From assembly GCA_963719505.1 (NCBI GenBank), contig CAVRCF010000005.1:96001-160000 (forward strand): DNA of 64,000 nt, written 5' to 3'. Shown in pieces: positions 18,876 to 29,136 of the stretch (positions within the stretch are counted from its first letter, which is position 1; each line of letters opens with the position of its first letter). The DNA comes from Halobacteriovoraceae bacterium. Its GTDB lineage: Bacteria; Bdellovibrionota; Bacteriovoracia; Bacteriovoracales; Bacteriovoracaceae. The position numbers were made by a program, and so were the translations under genes. The notes beneath the pieces were generated by a model. That model was given only the letters and a program-made list of their open reading frames with translations. It was not told the DNA's origin and did no database searches.

Positions 18876-19373
18876 ATGATAGAGTCGAAGTCGGTTGAAG
18901 ATATTCTTAGGGATTTTAGGAAGGGATATAAAGATTGCAAATTTACTTATGGTGATTGGTCTTGTCCCTTTGTTCCTTTAAATGCAGATGAGGAGAATGC
19001 TATTTTGATTCAAACAGAATCAAGCTCTAATTTTCCAAACGAGCAAGTAAAGAGAATGAAGCTTCCTTTGATGCAGATGAAAAAGTTAATGCTTACAGCT
19101 GCAAATAAGCAAGCTACTAATATGACCCAAGGCTTTTTAGATGCTTTGTCTTCGACTGAAATCGAAGTCCTTTATGATCAATATATAACAGGATGTCACC
19201 AAGTTAATAGAGAGTTTGAAGATCTTACTCAGGATCAATTTAATGAGATCTTAGCGTCTGTAAAAAAAAATCCTGCGAAAGTGAGCGACTTATCTATTTT
19301 TCAGCTCAAGGCAATTGGGAAATACTTTTTGGCAGAAATCCTACCGACGGTCAAAGATGTTGGTGGCAATTAA
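18876..19373 (+). CDS. Tail assembly chaperone (with predicted -1 frameshift isoform ending at 19399)
   Basis: Between tube and tape measure; A9 run at 19262-19270; -1 frame open for 43 codons. Confidence 0.8.
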   Translation: MIESKSVEDILRDFRKGYKDCKFTYGDWSCPFVPLNADEENAILIQTESSSNFPNEQVKRMKLPLMQMKKLMLTAANKQATNMTQGFLDALSSTEIEVLYDQYITGCHQVNREFEDLTQDQFNEILASVKKNPAKVSDLSIFQLKAIGKYFLAEILPTVKDVGGN

Positions 19374-19402
19374 TGAACCTTGCCAACGATAAGGGGTAAG
19401 GT

Positions 19403-21172
19403 GTGGCCAGTAGTAAAGTTGAACAAATTGTTAGTCTCAATACCTCAGGTTATGTAAAGGGCTTGAAGGGTATGGTATCGGAGAATAAAGCCGCCGAAAC
19501 CAAGATGACTAAGACTCATAAAACGATTGCTGATGAACATCAAAGCAATTCAGTTAAACAAATACGGAATAATTTTAAAGTTTCTAACTCTGTTAAGGGT
19601 CTCGCAAGGGATTTCTCTGATAGCTTCAAGAAAGGTGCTCTGATAGGTGGAGCTGTCGCATTGGCCACAGGGGTTAAGACTGCCGCAACCGCTGCCGCAA
19701 AGTCAGTCCTATCAATCGACAAAGCTATGGCAAAACTTCAGGATAAATTTGATCTATCCTCAAAGAAGCTAAAAGGATTTAGGGGGCAGTTCAACTCTCT
19801 TTCAAAAGAGACGGGGTTGTCGGCGGGTGCCATCGCTGAAGCTGGCGAGATAGGCTTAGCAGCCTCAGGCGGTAGGGAAGCAGTAGGTATTGATTCAATT
19901 GCCAAAGCTTCAAAGATTAGCGGTGACTCGCCTAAGGAATTAGCTAGAACTGTTGCTGACTTCCTCAAAGGTTCTGGTCAAGAATTTACAAATGAAAATG
20001 TCAAAGATTTTTTAGATAGCGCAAACTCTCTTTCTAGAAAGGGAGATTTGTCATTTAGTGAGTCTATAAAAGCTCTTTCTTTAAACTCTGGAGATAAAGC
20101 CAAGTCCGGTTTATCCAACAGGGAGAATGCAGCTCTACTTTCAGGGGCTTCAGGTGTTGGACAAGATCGAGAGTCTTCTTTATCAGCAATAAATGCTTTA
20201 GTTGCAAAATCTACCGATGGATTCGGTGGGGATGCGGCTCTTGCTGGGGTTTTAGGCGTTAAGGGTGGATTCTCTACGGATGGAAAATTTGACGTCAATA
20301 AGCTTCGTGAGGCTTCTGAAAACAAAAATAAGGCGGGTTTAAATAAAGCAGATTTTGAAAAACTACTTACCGGAACTGGCTTGTCAAAAGAAGAGGCTCA
20401 GGGTCTCAATGCGATCCTTTCTGAATTTGACAAGTTTGAAGAAGGTTTCAAGAAAACAGTTGACGACACCAAGACGCTTTCAGATTCATTTAAAAATCAA
20501 ACAAATAATATTTCAGACAATATGTCTAAGATGAATATGTCTCTTTCTAAAGCGGCTGATCAAATAATATCTCCTCTTTCAAAAGTAGGGAGCGATATTT
20601 TAAACGGTGATTTCTCCAAAGGAATTTCTAATCTTGGAGATGCCCTACTTGAATCAGGTAAGGGAGCTCTAGATAACAAGGCTGCTGTAGGAGGATCGAT
20701 TGCGACAGTTGCTCTTGCTGGCTTACTGTCTAAAAAGCTTGGAGTATTTGGCTCTGAAGCTAAAGAGAGAGCGATTGAGGCGGCAACAGGAGAAGAAGTC
20801 ACAAAAGTTAACGTAATAAACTTTAGTGAAATAAAAGGATCTCTTGGGTCCGATGGTCTTGGAGCCTTTAAGAGCAAGAAAATGGGTGGTCTATTTGGTG
20901 GTGTGGCCAAAGCCGGAGGTGTTCTGGCGGCTGGGGCTGCTGGTTATGCTGTTGGAAGTGTAATAAACGATACCTTAATATCAAAAACTGTCGATAAATC
21001 AGGTGATGGTGCATTTGAAGGTAACGCTGTAGAGAGGTTGATCTATTCAATTGACAACTTTTTTGGTGGAGAGAATGCAAAGAATTTCCAAAAAGCAAAT
21101 AAGGTGCAGTTAGAGGTAGTTAAGAATACTAGCTTTACCGCTAAACCTGTTGCGGCTGATCTTGATAGGTAG
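19403..21172 (+). CDS. Tape measure protein (short, 589 aa)
   Basis: Ala/Gly/Ser-rich helical protein with hydrophobic segments after chaperone. Confidence 0.88.
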   Translation: MASSKVEQIVSLNTSGYVKGLKGMVSENKAAETKMTKTHKTIADEHQSNSVKQIRNNFKVSNSVKGLARDFSDSFKKGALIGGAVALATGVKTAATAAAKSVLSIDKAMAKLQDKFDLSSKKLKGFRGQFNSLSKETGLSAGAIAEAGEIGLAASGGREAVGIDSIAKASKISGDSPKELARTVADFLKGSGQEFTNENVKDFLDSANSLSRKGDLSFSESIKALSLNSGDKAKSGLSNRENAALLSGASGVGQDRESSLSAINALVAKSTDGFGGDAALAGVLGVKGGFSTDGKFDVNKLREASENKNKAGLNKADFEKLLTGTGLSKEEAQGLNAILSEFDKFEEGFKKTVDDTKTLSDSFKNQTNNISDNMSKMNMSLSKAADQIISPLSKVGSDILNGDFSKGISNLGDALLESGKGALDNKAAVGGSIATVALAGLLSKKLGVFGSEAKERAIEAATGEEVTKVNVINFSEIKGSLGSDGLGAFKSKKMGGLFGGVAKAGGVLAAGAAGYAVGSVINDTLISKTVDKSGDGAFEGNAVERLIYSIDNFFGGENAKNFQKANKVQLEVVKNTSFTAKPVAADLDR

Positions 21173-21174
21173 AT

Positions 21175-22365
21175 ATGAAGTGGAAAAAATTAACAGATGG
21201 ATACTTTAAGGGTTACAGATTTCATGTAGCTGTTCCATCTGGTTCTACTGGTCACGGTATAACATCTTCTAAAATTGAAATAGAAAGAAGACTTCACATT
21301 GTTGAGTTTAGGAATTTCAAGGGTGGTAAGATAAATGACCTTGATCAAAAAGTAGTCCCTATAACCGTTGAAATTGTCTTTCATGGTCCAAATTATCAAT
21401 CTGAATATGAAGAATTTAAGAGGATATGCTCTGAGGGAACTGCTGGAATCTTAACTTTGCCAACTGAGGAGAAATCCTATGTTGCATATATTCAGAAGCT
21501 TTCAGTTTCCGACGCGGTTGGAGAGTCGAGCACTAAAAAGGTGACAGCTACCTTTTTAGAAGACACAACTATTGACGCTAATAATTTGCCTAACCCTAAT
21601 ATACAATTGAGTGAGTATAATGTTGCTGAGGAAAGGAATAATCTTTTGGATTCTATTCAAGCAACAAAGAAAGACATAAATGATAATGAGTTTTTGTCTG
21701 CGGTAAAGATTTTTGAGAGTGGCTTGAGTGGCGTGAGAAGGTTCTCGAATGCTGTTTTAATTCTCGATAGTGCTGCTAAATCGAGGATCGCTGATCTCAC
21801 ATCTAACCTACAGGGAACCTTGAGTTTGGCATCAACGGCCGTTTCGGTTGTGACTGACAATTTGCTAGGCATAGATGAGAGTGATGACTCTGGCGAAGAG
21901 CTAGGGACACAGGTGGACCCTGAGACAGGCAACACTATTGTTTTGTTGGATGATCCTAATGAGCAGAGCGAGGAAGAGACCGTTGAAATTGAAGAGGTTA
22001 AAAACGCGGAGATAGAAAGTACCGTTTCATCAATTGGAAAAGGCACAGAGTCTTCAGCGGAATTGGCACTTGACGCAATAATAAAAGATTTAAAAGAAAA
22101 ATCTGAAAGCTTATCTGGCTCCACAGGTTCAAATTTTGAAGATATCAGGCAAAATCTTCTGAGCATTGTGAGTTCTCTTGAGAATCTTCGTTCTAACTCG
22201 GCTTCCAAGCCAACTAGAGCGCTACTGGTTCCTTATTCTGTGAGCATTTTTGAGGCATTTCTTCACAATAGTATCGACCTGTCTGAGATTAGAAGAGTGG
22301 CGAGGCTTAATTACCACATAGAAGATCTACTTGTTATTCCTCAAGGTGAAGTTCTTTACGTATGA
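21175..22365 (+). CDS. DNA-circularisation N-terminal domain protein (Mu gp43-like tail tube initiator)
   Basis: WKKLTDGYFKGYRF, GILTLP, ATFLED; LysM-like C-terminus LN..IED.L.IP.G. Confidence 0.8.
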   Translation: MKWKKLTDGYFKGYRFHVAVPSGSTGHGITSSKIEIERRLHIVEFRNFKGGKINDLDQKVVPITVEIVFHGPNYQSEYEEFKRICSEGTAGILTLPTEEKSYVAYIQKLSVSDAVGESSTKKVTATFLEDTTIDANNLPNPNIQLSEYNVAEERNNLLDSIQATKKDINDNEFLSAVKIFESGLSGVRRFSNAVLILDSAAKSRIADLTSNLQGTLSLASTAVSVVTDNLLGIDESDDSGEELGTQVDPETGNTIVLLDDPNEQSEEETVEIEEVKNAEIESTVSSIGKGTESSAELALDAIIKDLKEKSESLSGSTGSNFEDIRQNLLSIVSSLENLRSNSASKPTRALLVPYSVSIFEAFLHNSIDLSEIRRVARLNYHIEDLLVIPQGEVLYV

Positions 22366-23513
22366 GCACTAAATATGGAATGAGGCTTATTTCTAAAAAA
22401 GACTTTAAGGTTTATGACTCAGAGTTATTTTTTGCAGGGGATAACGCTCCTAGTTTTAATTTTAACTCTTCGATGTTTCGCTTCACCGACGTTTTTGATT
22501 TTTCTATTGGTGTCCCAAGTGGAGTTGCAAGGGATGTACACTCACATGACTTTGTGGAGTTTTATTTTGAGGTGAATTCTAAGAAGTATAATATTGGTGT
22601 TGGCTATATTGAGGACTTTCAAAAAATAAAAAGAATTCAAGAGACCACCTTGTCAGGAAACGGGCGAGACCTAATTGGAATTTTACAGGATCGTTATTTT
22701 GTTAAAAACCTTCACTCTGAAAATATTCAAATCGCTGACCTAGTGAAGAGAATTATTAAAAATGAGTATATTGATAGCTACACAAGAATATTTAAAAACA
22801 GAAAGGGCATTATAAAACCTGACAATATGTATAATGGTCCTTTTCTTTCTTCGAGCACAGCCGAAACATCAAAGGCCCAAATTCTAAAAAAAGCCTCATC
22901 AACCACTTTAAACATAATATATCAGGACCATGATGGCTTTGTTGTCGTGAGAGGTAAAAGACCTAAGCCAAAAAGCAAAGGGGTTTTAAAAGAGGGCACA
23001 AGCAATGTTGTAGCCCTAACCATTAAAGAGAAATATTCTGAAGTTTACTCTGATGCCACAACTTTTTATAATGCCGCTCAGTCATCTGTAGACAATCAAT
23101 CTAATAGCTCTACATCGATAAACTACGACAAGAGAATCAGATCTATAATAAAAAAGACTTTTTACGACACTTTTAATGTGAATGACATAAAAGACTTTGC
23201 CGGAACATTAAAAGCTGAGCAAAGAATTAAACAAGTAGCAGATTACAACTTAAGAATATCAAATAGGGGGTTGTGTGTTCCCATCATATCTACCGATGAA
23301 CCTTATTACCTCGATAAATCAACTGGAGAAATAATCCCTTATAGGGTTGGTGATATTTGGACGCTTGAGAGTCAAGATAGCGATCTTACTTCTTCTGAGT
23401 TTCCTAATGGAACCAATCGACTTGACTTTGAACTAACTGGGATTGATGTGAAGAGTGATTTAGCTGGATCTAGTATTGAGCTTGAATTTAATCTTCCTGA
23501 AACTATTGTTTAA
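22362..23513 (+). CDS. Baseplate hub (Mu gp44-like)
   Basis: SGNGRDLIGILQD motif; synteny. Confidence 0.8.
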   Translation: MSTKYGMRLISKKDFKVYDSELFFAGDNAPSFNFNSSMFRFTDVFDFSIGVPSGVARDVHSHDFVEFYFEVNSKKYNIGVGYIEDFQKIKRIQETTLSGNGRDLIGILQDRYFVKNLHSENIQIADLVKRIIKNEYIDSYTRIFKNRKGIIKPDNMYNGPFLSSSTAETSKAQILKKASSTTLNIIYQDHDGFVVVRGKRPKPKSKGVLKEGTSNVVALTIKEKYSEVYSDATTFYNAAQSSVDNQSNSSTSINYDKRIRSIIKKTFYDTFNVNDIKDFAGTLKAEQRIKQVADYNLRISNRGLCVPIISTDEPYYLDKSTGEIIPYRVGDIWTLESQDSDLTSSEFPNGTNRLDFELTGIDVKSDLAGSSIELEFNLPETIV

Positions 23514-24088
23514 TGAACGAATCAACTTTAAAAAATAAGGTACTGGGCTTTTTGCAGCCTATGTATTTTGGGGCGATATCTAAGAAAGATCGCTTCCTTT
23601 ATCACGTAAGGGGTATTAGTGGTTTTGGTCAAAAAATTGCTCCACTTCTTTTTCCTTTCGGTTTCGTCTCAGATCCTCACGATGGGGTCTCTGGTTATTG
23701 CGACTCTGTTGGCGGTGACTCAAGCTCTCCTGTAGTTGTTAATCAATTAGATAGGAATAGACCCTCCACCTCAGAGAAGGGTGAGGTTATTTTTTACTCT
23801 TTCGATGGCAGCTCTCACAAAGTTTTAATTTATCTTAAGCCTGATGGGAGATTGAAGGTGATAGCTGAGACCGATGTTGAGGTTGTGTCGCCTTCAGTTA
23901 CGATTAAGAGTCCGAAGATCGAGTTAGGAGAAGAGAGCTTAGAGAAGATTGTTAATGGCGAGACTTTTCAGACTCTTTTTAACAAGCATAAACACTACGG
24001 AAATGCAGGGGTGATGACTTCGCCTCCGGTGCCTGAAGATCAAATGATTGATGAGCACTTGTCCGAAACAGTTAAGGCGCAAATATGA
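23513..24088 (+). CDS. Baseplate spike (Mu gp45 / gpV-like)
   Basis: PFGFVSDP, RP...GEVIFY, C-terminal HKH metal motif. Confidence 0.85.
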   Translation: MNESTLKNKVLGFLQPMYFGAISKKDRFLYHVRGISGFGQKIAPLLFPFGFVSDPHDGVSGYCDSVGGDSSSPVVVNQLDRNRPSTSEKGEVIFYSFDGSSHKVLIYLKPDGRLKVIAETDVEVVSPSVTIKSPKIELGEESLEKIVNGETFQTLFNKHKHYGNAGVMTSPPVPEDQMIDEHLSETVKAQI

Positions 24089-24345
24089 AGATATTAATTT
24101 TATTTCTGATCGTTTTTTCTATGAACACAAAGGCTGCGCTCACAGCATCTTCATGCAAGACAAAAGTTGAAGCTGCAATTTTAGCTGAGTTTGGTGTGCA
24201 ACCTGTCGCGAGTCCAAACTTTATCATCGCAATTTGTGCGGGAATAATTGAAGAGATCCAACAAAATGCTGTGGTTAATTCAACGACTACCGTTCAAGGT
24301 GGTTCCTCTTCTGGACCTCATCCTGCTGTTGGTACGATTCAATGA
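24085..24345 (+). CDS. Small post-spike baseplate protein with N-terminal signal peptide
   Basis: MKILILFLIVFSMNTKA|ALT...; AICAGIIEEIQQNAVV...GTIQ; 2 Cys. Confidence 0.7.
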   Translation: MKILILFLIVFSMNTKAALTASSCKTKVEAAILAEFGVQPVASPNFIIAICAGIIEEIQQNAVVNSTTTVQGGSSSGPHPAVGTIQ

Positions 24346-24644
24346 GTTTGGTTGTTGATTTTGATGGTGAGTATGCCTATGAGCCAAATTCTAAAGTTTT
24401 AAAAAAGTCGGATAGTAATGTCTTTAAGGCAAATATAGAGCTCAGCCTTTCGCTTGGTGAGTGGGTTTACGCTCCAAACTCTGGCCATACACTTAAGAAA
24501 TATTTAAAAAGAGGGGCCACTGAAGAGGTGGTTGAATCTCTTAATAAAGAAGCAAGGCTTTATCTAGGAAAGTACGACGCTGAGGTTGTGAAAGAAGCAA
24601 TTTCAAGAGGTCGAAGTGAAACCCAAATTAAAATTCAGGAATAA
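24342..24644 (+). CDS. Baseplate wedge protein (gp46/gpW-like)
   Basis: GEWVYAPNSGH pattern; precedes baseplate J. Confidence 0.7.
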   Translation: MSLVVDFDGEYAYEPNSKVLKKSDSNVFKANIELSLSLGEWVYAPNSGHTLKKYLKRGATEEVVESLNKEARLYLGKYDAEVVKEAISRGRSETQIKIQE

Positions 24645-24646
24645 TT

Positions 24647-25777
24647 ATGTTTAAGACGAGCCAAGAGATTTTGAATTCTATGCTTGCTAGCCACAAGCAA
24701 GTGACGGGGATTGATGTAGATCCATCCGATCTTGGTAGTGAGGTTGTTGTTAAAGCCATGCCTTTTGCAAACGCTCTGAGTGTTTTTTATGCAAACTTAG
24801 AGATGGTTAAGGATGCTAGGCATCCCAATTCGTCCAACCCAAGCGATCTCGTGAAGCATCTGGCGGCAAGATTTTTACCTGAGAGAAGGCAGCCTTCAAA
24901 TAGTCAGGGGCAAGTTAGTTTTTCATCAAAAGATTTATTGCAAAACATTTTATTTCCTATCGGTGTAAGAATTCTTAGAGTTTCCACGGGCGATATTTAT
25001 ATTTCTACTCAAGAAGGTCTTTCAAATTCTGATGGCTTAGTTGCCGTCGTTTTTAGGTCTGAAAAAAGTGGACAAGCATTAAATATTGATAAGATCGGAG
25101 AGTCTTTTTCTATTGAGGGAGAGCTGATTGGATATGACAAAGAAGGGTTGAGCACAACTGTTTTTGCTGATGGTAGAGACTTAGAGAGTCCGACATCGAT
25201 GCTTGAGAGGATCAACGAATATGATCGAAAACTAAACACAGGTGGAAACTTACCAGCTTACGAGCAATTTGCCAAAGACGCAGATCCTTCAGTTGTAAAT
25301 GCTACAGCAATAAAACACCCAAGAGGAGCCTCAACTGTTGATGTTGTTATCACTTCCGGTACAACTGATATAGAGGGCGCTGTAAGGTCAGGGCTGCCAG
25401 TTGTGAGAATCCCAAGTCTTAATCTCTTGGAAGTTGTTCAAACTTATGTTGACACAAAAAAACCAACAACCGATGACTTTATTGCACGTGCCCCAACAGA
25501 AATTGATTTTAATACAACGATTAACTATAGACCTGAGTCTCTGGATGATGTTCCTTTTATTCAAGAAGAAATAAGAAAGCTTTGGGAGATATTCGTTTAT
25601 TCGGCAAGGTCTGGGGCGAGAATAGAGCCGACTGAGCTTGAAAGAAGAATCGACCAAGCTTTAGGTGCGAGAGTTCCATATAGAAGGGTCAGTGATTTTG
25701 AAGTTTCGACATACTACAAAGACATACCAGCTGAAAATATTTTAAGGCCGGGCAACCTCATTTTAAATGAGGTGTAG
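24647..25777 (+). CDS. Baseplate J / Mu gp47 family
   Basis: GRDLES...ML.RI, GGNLPAYEQFA, PRGASTVDVVI. Confidence 0.9.
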   Translation: MFKTSQEILNSMLASHKQVTGIDVDPSDLGSEVVVKAMPFANALSVFYANLEMVKDARHPNSSNPSDLVKHLAARFLPERRQPSNSQGQVSFSSKDLLQNILFPIGVRILRVSTGDIYISTQEGLSNSDGLVAVVFRSEKSGQALNIDKIGESFSIEGELIGYDKEGLSTTVFADGRDLESPTSMLERINEYDRKLNTGGNLPAYEQFAKDADPSVVNATAIKHPRGASTVDVVITSGTTDIEGAVRSGLPVVRIPSLNLLEVVQTYVDTKKPTTDDFIARAPTEIDFNTTINYRPESLDDVPFIQEEIRKLWEIFVYSARSGARIEPTELERRIDQALGARVPYRRVSDFEVSTYYKDIPAENILRPGNLILNEV

Positions 25778-25779
25778 TT

Positions 25780-26406
25780 TTGAGTAGAACTATTGATTAC
25801 TATAACTATTTGACTAGGACCGATCACCCCGTCTTCAAAAAACAGGTGATGGATAATCCAAATCCATCTTCTTTCAATTCTGCTTTAAATTTTATGATCG
25901 CTGTTGAGCTCGCAAAAGCAAAAGAAGCTATCCAAAACCTCCACATTAATCAATTTCCACATACTACCAATGAAAGCGGCATTGATGGATGGGAGTCAAA
26001 TTTCTTTGATTTCACAAAGCCAAGTAAACCTATCAACGAAAGGGTTGCTGAGCTTCTAATTTGGATTAATTCAGACATAAGGATGAGTTTACCCGATGTT
26101 ATAGATGCATCTTTGGCAACTGTTGGTAAAGAGCCACTTGTTATTGTTTCAGCAAGTGAAGGTAGTTTTGTTTTGGATGAGGCCATACTTGGTGAAAGCA
26201 CTATTTTAGATGCCGAAGACAGTCCACAGTCGCGAGATACTTATATTGTGAGATTTTCTGAAAACGTATCTACCATATCTCTAGATTTACTCGACAAAAG
26301 ATTAACTGCGATTGAAAAAGCTGGAAGTAAGCATATTATTTCATCACCTCCTATTCAGTGGGTTGTGGATGAGTCAGCTATAGATCAAGACACGATATTG
26401 AGGTAA
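25780..26406 (+). CDS. Baseplate protein (Mu gp48/YmfQ-like)
   Basis: FPHTT..SGIDGWE motif; follows J. Confidence 0.8.
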   Translation: MSRTIDYYNYLTRTDHPVFKKQVMDNPNPSSFNSALNFMIAVELAKAKEAIQNLHINQFPHTTNESGIDGWESNFFDFTKPSKPINERVAELLIWINSDIRMSLPDVIDASLATVGKEPLVIVSASEGSFVLDEAILGESTILDAEDSPQSRDTYIVRFSENVSTISLDLLDKRLTAIEKAGSKHIISSPPIQWVVDESAIDQDTILR

Positions 26407-26410
26407 TTAA

Positions 26411-27283
26411 ATGTTTAAGTTAGGAAAGATTAATTGGCTTGGGTTGCCTAGTTTTGTAGTGAAGAGGCAAGATCTTGACGAGTTTCAGGAGTACATGTTG
26501 GAGCAGTTTCGCTCTTTTTATTTTTCAAATTATAATCACGGTATTTTTGGCCAGAAATATGTCGAGTTAAATTCTGGTTTTCAATTTACTTATCCGGAGG
26601 CAATTTGTCTTTTTGATGATGGAAATGTTGGTTCGCTTGAGGCGGGTAGCTTTTCGCTTGATGCGGCCGATCCTGACAATCCAAGAGTTGACTTGGTTCA
26701 AGTAGTTTTTTCTGAGGTTGTAGATAGAACAGGTTTTAGTACATCAAACCAAGAAGTTGATGTTACTAAAGATTTTATTGCAACGGTTGAGATAAAAAAA
26801 GGTGTTGCGGCACCTGTTCCCACGTCTCCAAACCCTGATTCTGGAGCAATTTCTTTTTGTAGAATTAATGTCCCAGCTGGATCAATAGCTCTTTCTGTTT
26901 CTAATATGGATCATTCTTCTTCTTCGAGAGATCAAGCTGGCGTTAAGAAGGATAAAAGATCTTATCTCATTGAGAATGGTGCCACTGGGCAAAGATTGAA
27001 AAATCTAGACTTCGACAGTAACTCCTCAAGGATGTTTAAAGCAGATGTTCATATTTTTAGAAAGACTGATGATAATTTTAAGCAAGCCTTTGGTGTTTTA
27101 GTTGGAATTTTCAATGAAGACTCAGGTGTGTGGGATTGTTTTCCTGAGCTTACTAGCAACGACATTGGTGTCGATTTTAGTGTTGATGCAGATGGTTTTG
27201 TCGTTCTAAATAGCTCCACTGTCTCGGGTGCCAATTATGAGTCGGGCATTACGTTTACCAATTTAGATTTAACGAGGAAATAA
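26411..27283 (+). CDS. Proximal tail fibre / baseplate-anchoring protein
   Basis: DPDNPRVDLV...KGVAAPVPTSP motif; no signal peptide. Confidence 0.7.
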   Translation: MFKLGKINWLGLPSFVVKRQDLDEFQEYMLEQFRSFYFSNYNHGIFGQKYVELNSGFQFTYPEAICLFDDGNVGSLEAGSFSLDAADPDNPRVDLVQVVFSEVVDRTGFSTSNQEVDVTKDFIATVEIKKGVAAPVPTSPNPDSGAISFCRINVPAGSIALSVSNMDHSSSSRDQAGVKKDKRSYLIENGATGQRLKNLDFDSNSSRMFKADVHIFRKTDDNFKQAFGVLVGIFNEDSGVWDCFPELTSNDIGVDFSVDADGFVVLNSSTVSGANYESGITFTNLDLTRK

Positions 27284-29136
27284 TGAAAAAAATTTTATTT
27301 TTACTTTTAATCTCTAGCTCTGTTTATTCTCAATATTTGAAGACTGAGCCTAGTGATGGTTATGTTCTTGGAAGGTCGGGTGCGTCTTCTGTTGATCCTT
27401 TTATTCAGTTTTTTGGAACCTCGATTAAAATTGAGGCAGATCGAGCCAATGGCTCCTTGTTGCTTAGAGCTCCTTTGGTTAAAGTTGGTGATGGTTCTGA
27501 TGGAACCCTTATGCTTTCTGATACTGTTGGTTTGAGGGCAAATTCTGTTAGTGGGAGGCTTGAGCAAACAACTGACTCCGGATCTAGTTTTACTCAAATT
27601 AGTGGAGCTGGCGGTGGTGGCGGCGGTGAGAATTATAACAACGCTTTTTCCGTAGACCAAAATGAAAACGCTGAAGATGGGACGACAGGCTGGGTTTCTT
27701 CTGGAGGGGTTTTTGATGTTGATGAAGTTGACCCGCTTGAAGGTGAGAAGTCTTTTGTTTGGACCCCAAGTGCACAGGGTGACACTTTAAAAAGTCCTAT
27801 TTTAGACTTTGACAGAGATATTTTTAAGGGAACATCTTGCCAAGTAAATACGACATATATCGGTGGTGATGAGAATTTATCTTGGTCACTTGTTGATGGT
27901 AATGATGATGTGCTTGCTGGGTTTAGAAATTCAAATACAACACCAAAAAATCAAAACAAACTGCCAGCTCATGGGATATCATCAAGTGAATCAATATTTT
28001 TCTTGTGTCCATCACAAGCAGATATTACAGGCGATGCAGAAAAAGGAAATCTTTACATATTATTTGAAAACACAGGGGTCACAGCAGCTCCATTAATTAA
28101 GTTTGATAAAAATTATGCAGGGACTTTAATTGGTTTAGCTGAGACGACTTTGCCAGACTCCCTTAGTGCTAAGTTAGATGATTCAGCAACTGTATTGTCA
28201 CAGAGTACAACGTGGATTAATTCAACCTCTATTCCCAGCACTGGTAATAAAACAGTTAATTACAGCGGATTAGGGCTTTCTGTTATCCCTAAAATCACCG
28301 TTACAGCCGTTTCACCTTGCACAACTTCTTTTTTAAATACTGTTTCGGTTACGGAGTTTAGTTTTGGAACCAGAAACGGTAGTAATGCGCAGACTGATTG
28401 CTCTGCTGAGATATCATTAGAGAAGCAAGGCGCAGACGCAAAGCAATCAGTTCAAACTTATAAGCCTATTCCTAAAATAAATGAGTATAAAAACAGCTTT
28501 AATGCTTATGTATCATCTGGGAATCTCATAAGCAGAGAGAGTGGAGATTGGATTGATGGAAACTGTACAGCACCAAGTGGAACTCTTCAAAGATGTAATT
28601 TTATCTCTGAGATATTTTCATCACCGCCGAATTGTACTGCAACTTTAAATGCTGGCAGTTATTCTGGTAAAGTTTCTATAGTGGAAATAACTGGTACTTA
28701 TATTACTTTTCAAGCCTATGATGGGGCTGGAACTGAATCTCCAAGAAATTTCTCTTTTACTTGTAATAGGTCAATAGACGAAAAACTTGTGACAGTCAAT
28801 CCAATATTAGTTGGACAGGTTGAAAACAGTTATGCCTCTAGCGGTAAGCAAATTCGAGTTGAGAGTTGTAGAGTAAATAATAATGGAACAGCAACAGCGG
28901 TGGGGAGTCTTTGTGGCACTTGGGTTGATGGCTTGTCTGTGACTTCGGCTGGAAACGTTAATATAAACGTAAAGTCTGGAATTTTTTCAGAAAACCCAAA
29001 TTGTAGCGGAACGGCTTTTGATAGAAATCTTTCATTTTTTACGGTTAGTAATTCATTGATTCAAACTGTGACAAAGAGTTCTGCTGATGCATCTATTAAC
29101 GCAGCCTTTTTTATTAATTGCGTAGGAGTTAAATAA
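27283..29136 (+). CDS. Distal tail fibre / receptor-binding protein with signal peptide, CBM-like domain and three repeated Cys-containing modules
   Basis: MKKILFLLLISSSVYS|QY; poly-Gly hinge; NENAEDGTTGW CBM-like start; repeats W(I/V)...N...(I)FS..PNC; 12 Cys. Confidence 0.75.
   Translation: MKKILFLLLISSSVYSQYLKTEPSDGYVLGRSGASSVDPFIQFFGTSIKIEADRANGSLLLRAPLVKVGDGSDGTLMLSDTVGLRANSVSGRLEQTTDSGSSFTQISGAGGGGGGENYNNAFSVDQNENAEDGTTGWVSSGGVFDVDEVDPLEGEKSFVWTPSAQGDTLKSPILDFDRDIFKGTSCQVNTTYIGGDENLSWSLVDGNDDVLAGFRNSNTTPKNQNKLPAHGISSSESIFFLCPSQADITGDAEKGNLYILFENTGVTAAPLIKFDKNYAGTLIGLAETTLPDSLSAKLDDSATVLSQSTTWINSTSIPSTGNKTVNYSGLGLSVIPKITVTAVSPCTTSFLNTVSVTEFSFGTRNGSNAQTDCSAEISLEKQGADAKQSVQTYKPIPKINEYKNSFNAYVSSGNLISRESGDWIDGNCTAPSGTLQRCNFISEIFSSPPNCTATLNAGSYSGKVSIVEITGTYITFQAYDGAGTESPRNFSFTCNRSIDEKLVTVNPILVGQVENSYASSGKQIRVESCRVNNNGTATAVGSLCGTWVDGLSVTSAGNVNINVKSGIFSENPNCSGTAFDRNLSFFTVSNSLIQTVTKSSADASINAAFFINCVGVK

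Noticed and set aside
8625-26406. Interpretation as transposable Mu-like phage
   Set aside because: Only structural genes are Mu-like; ERF/YqaJ/RusA and tRNA-adjacent boundary indicate site-specific integration; no transposase seen
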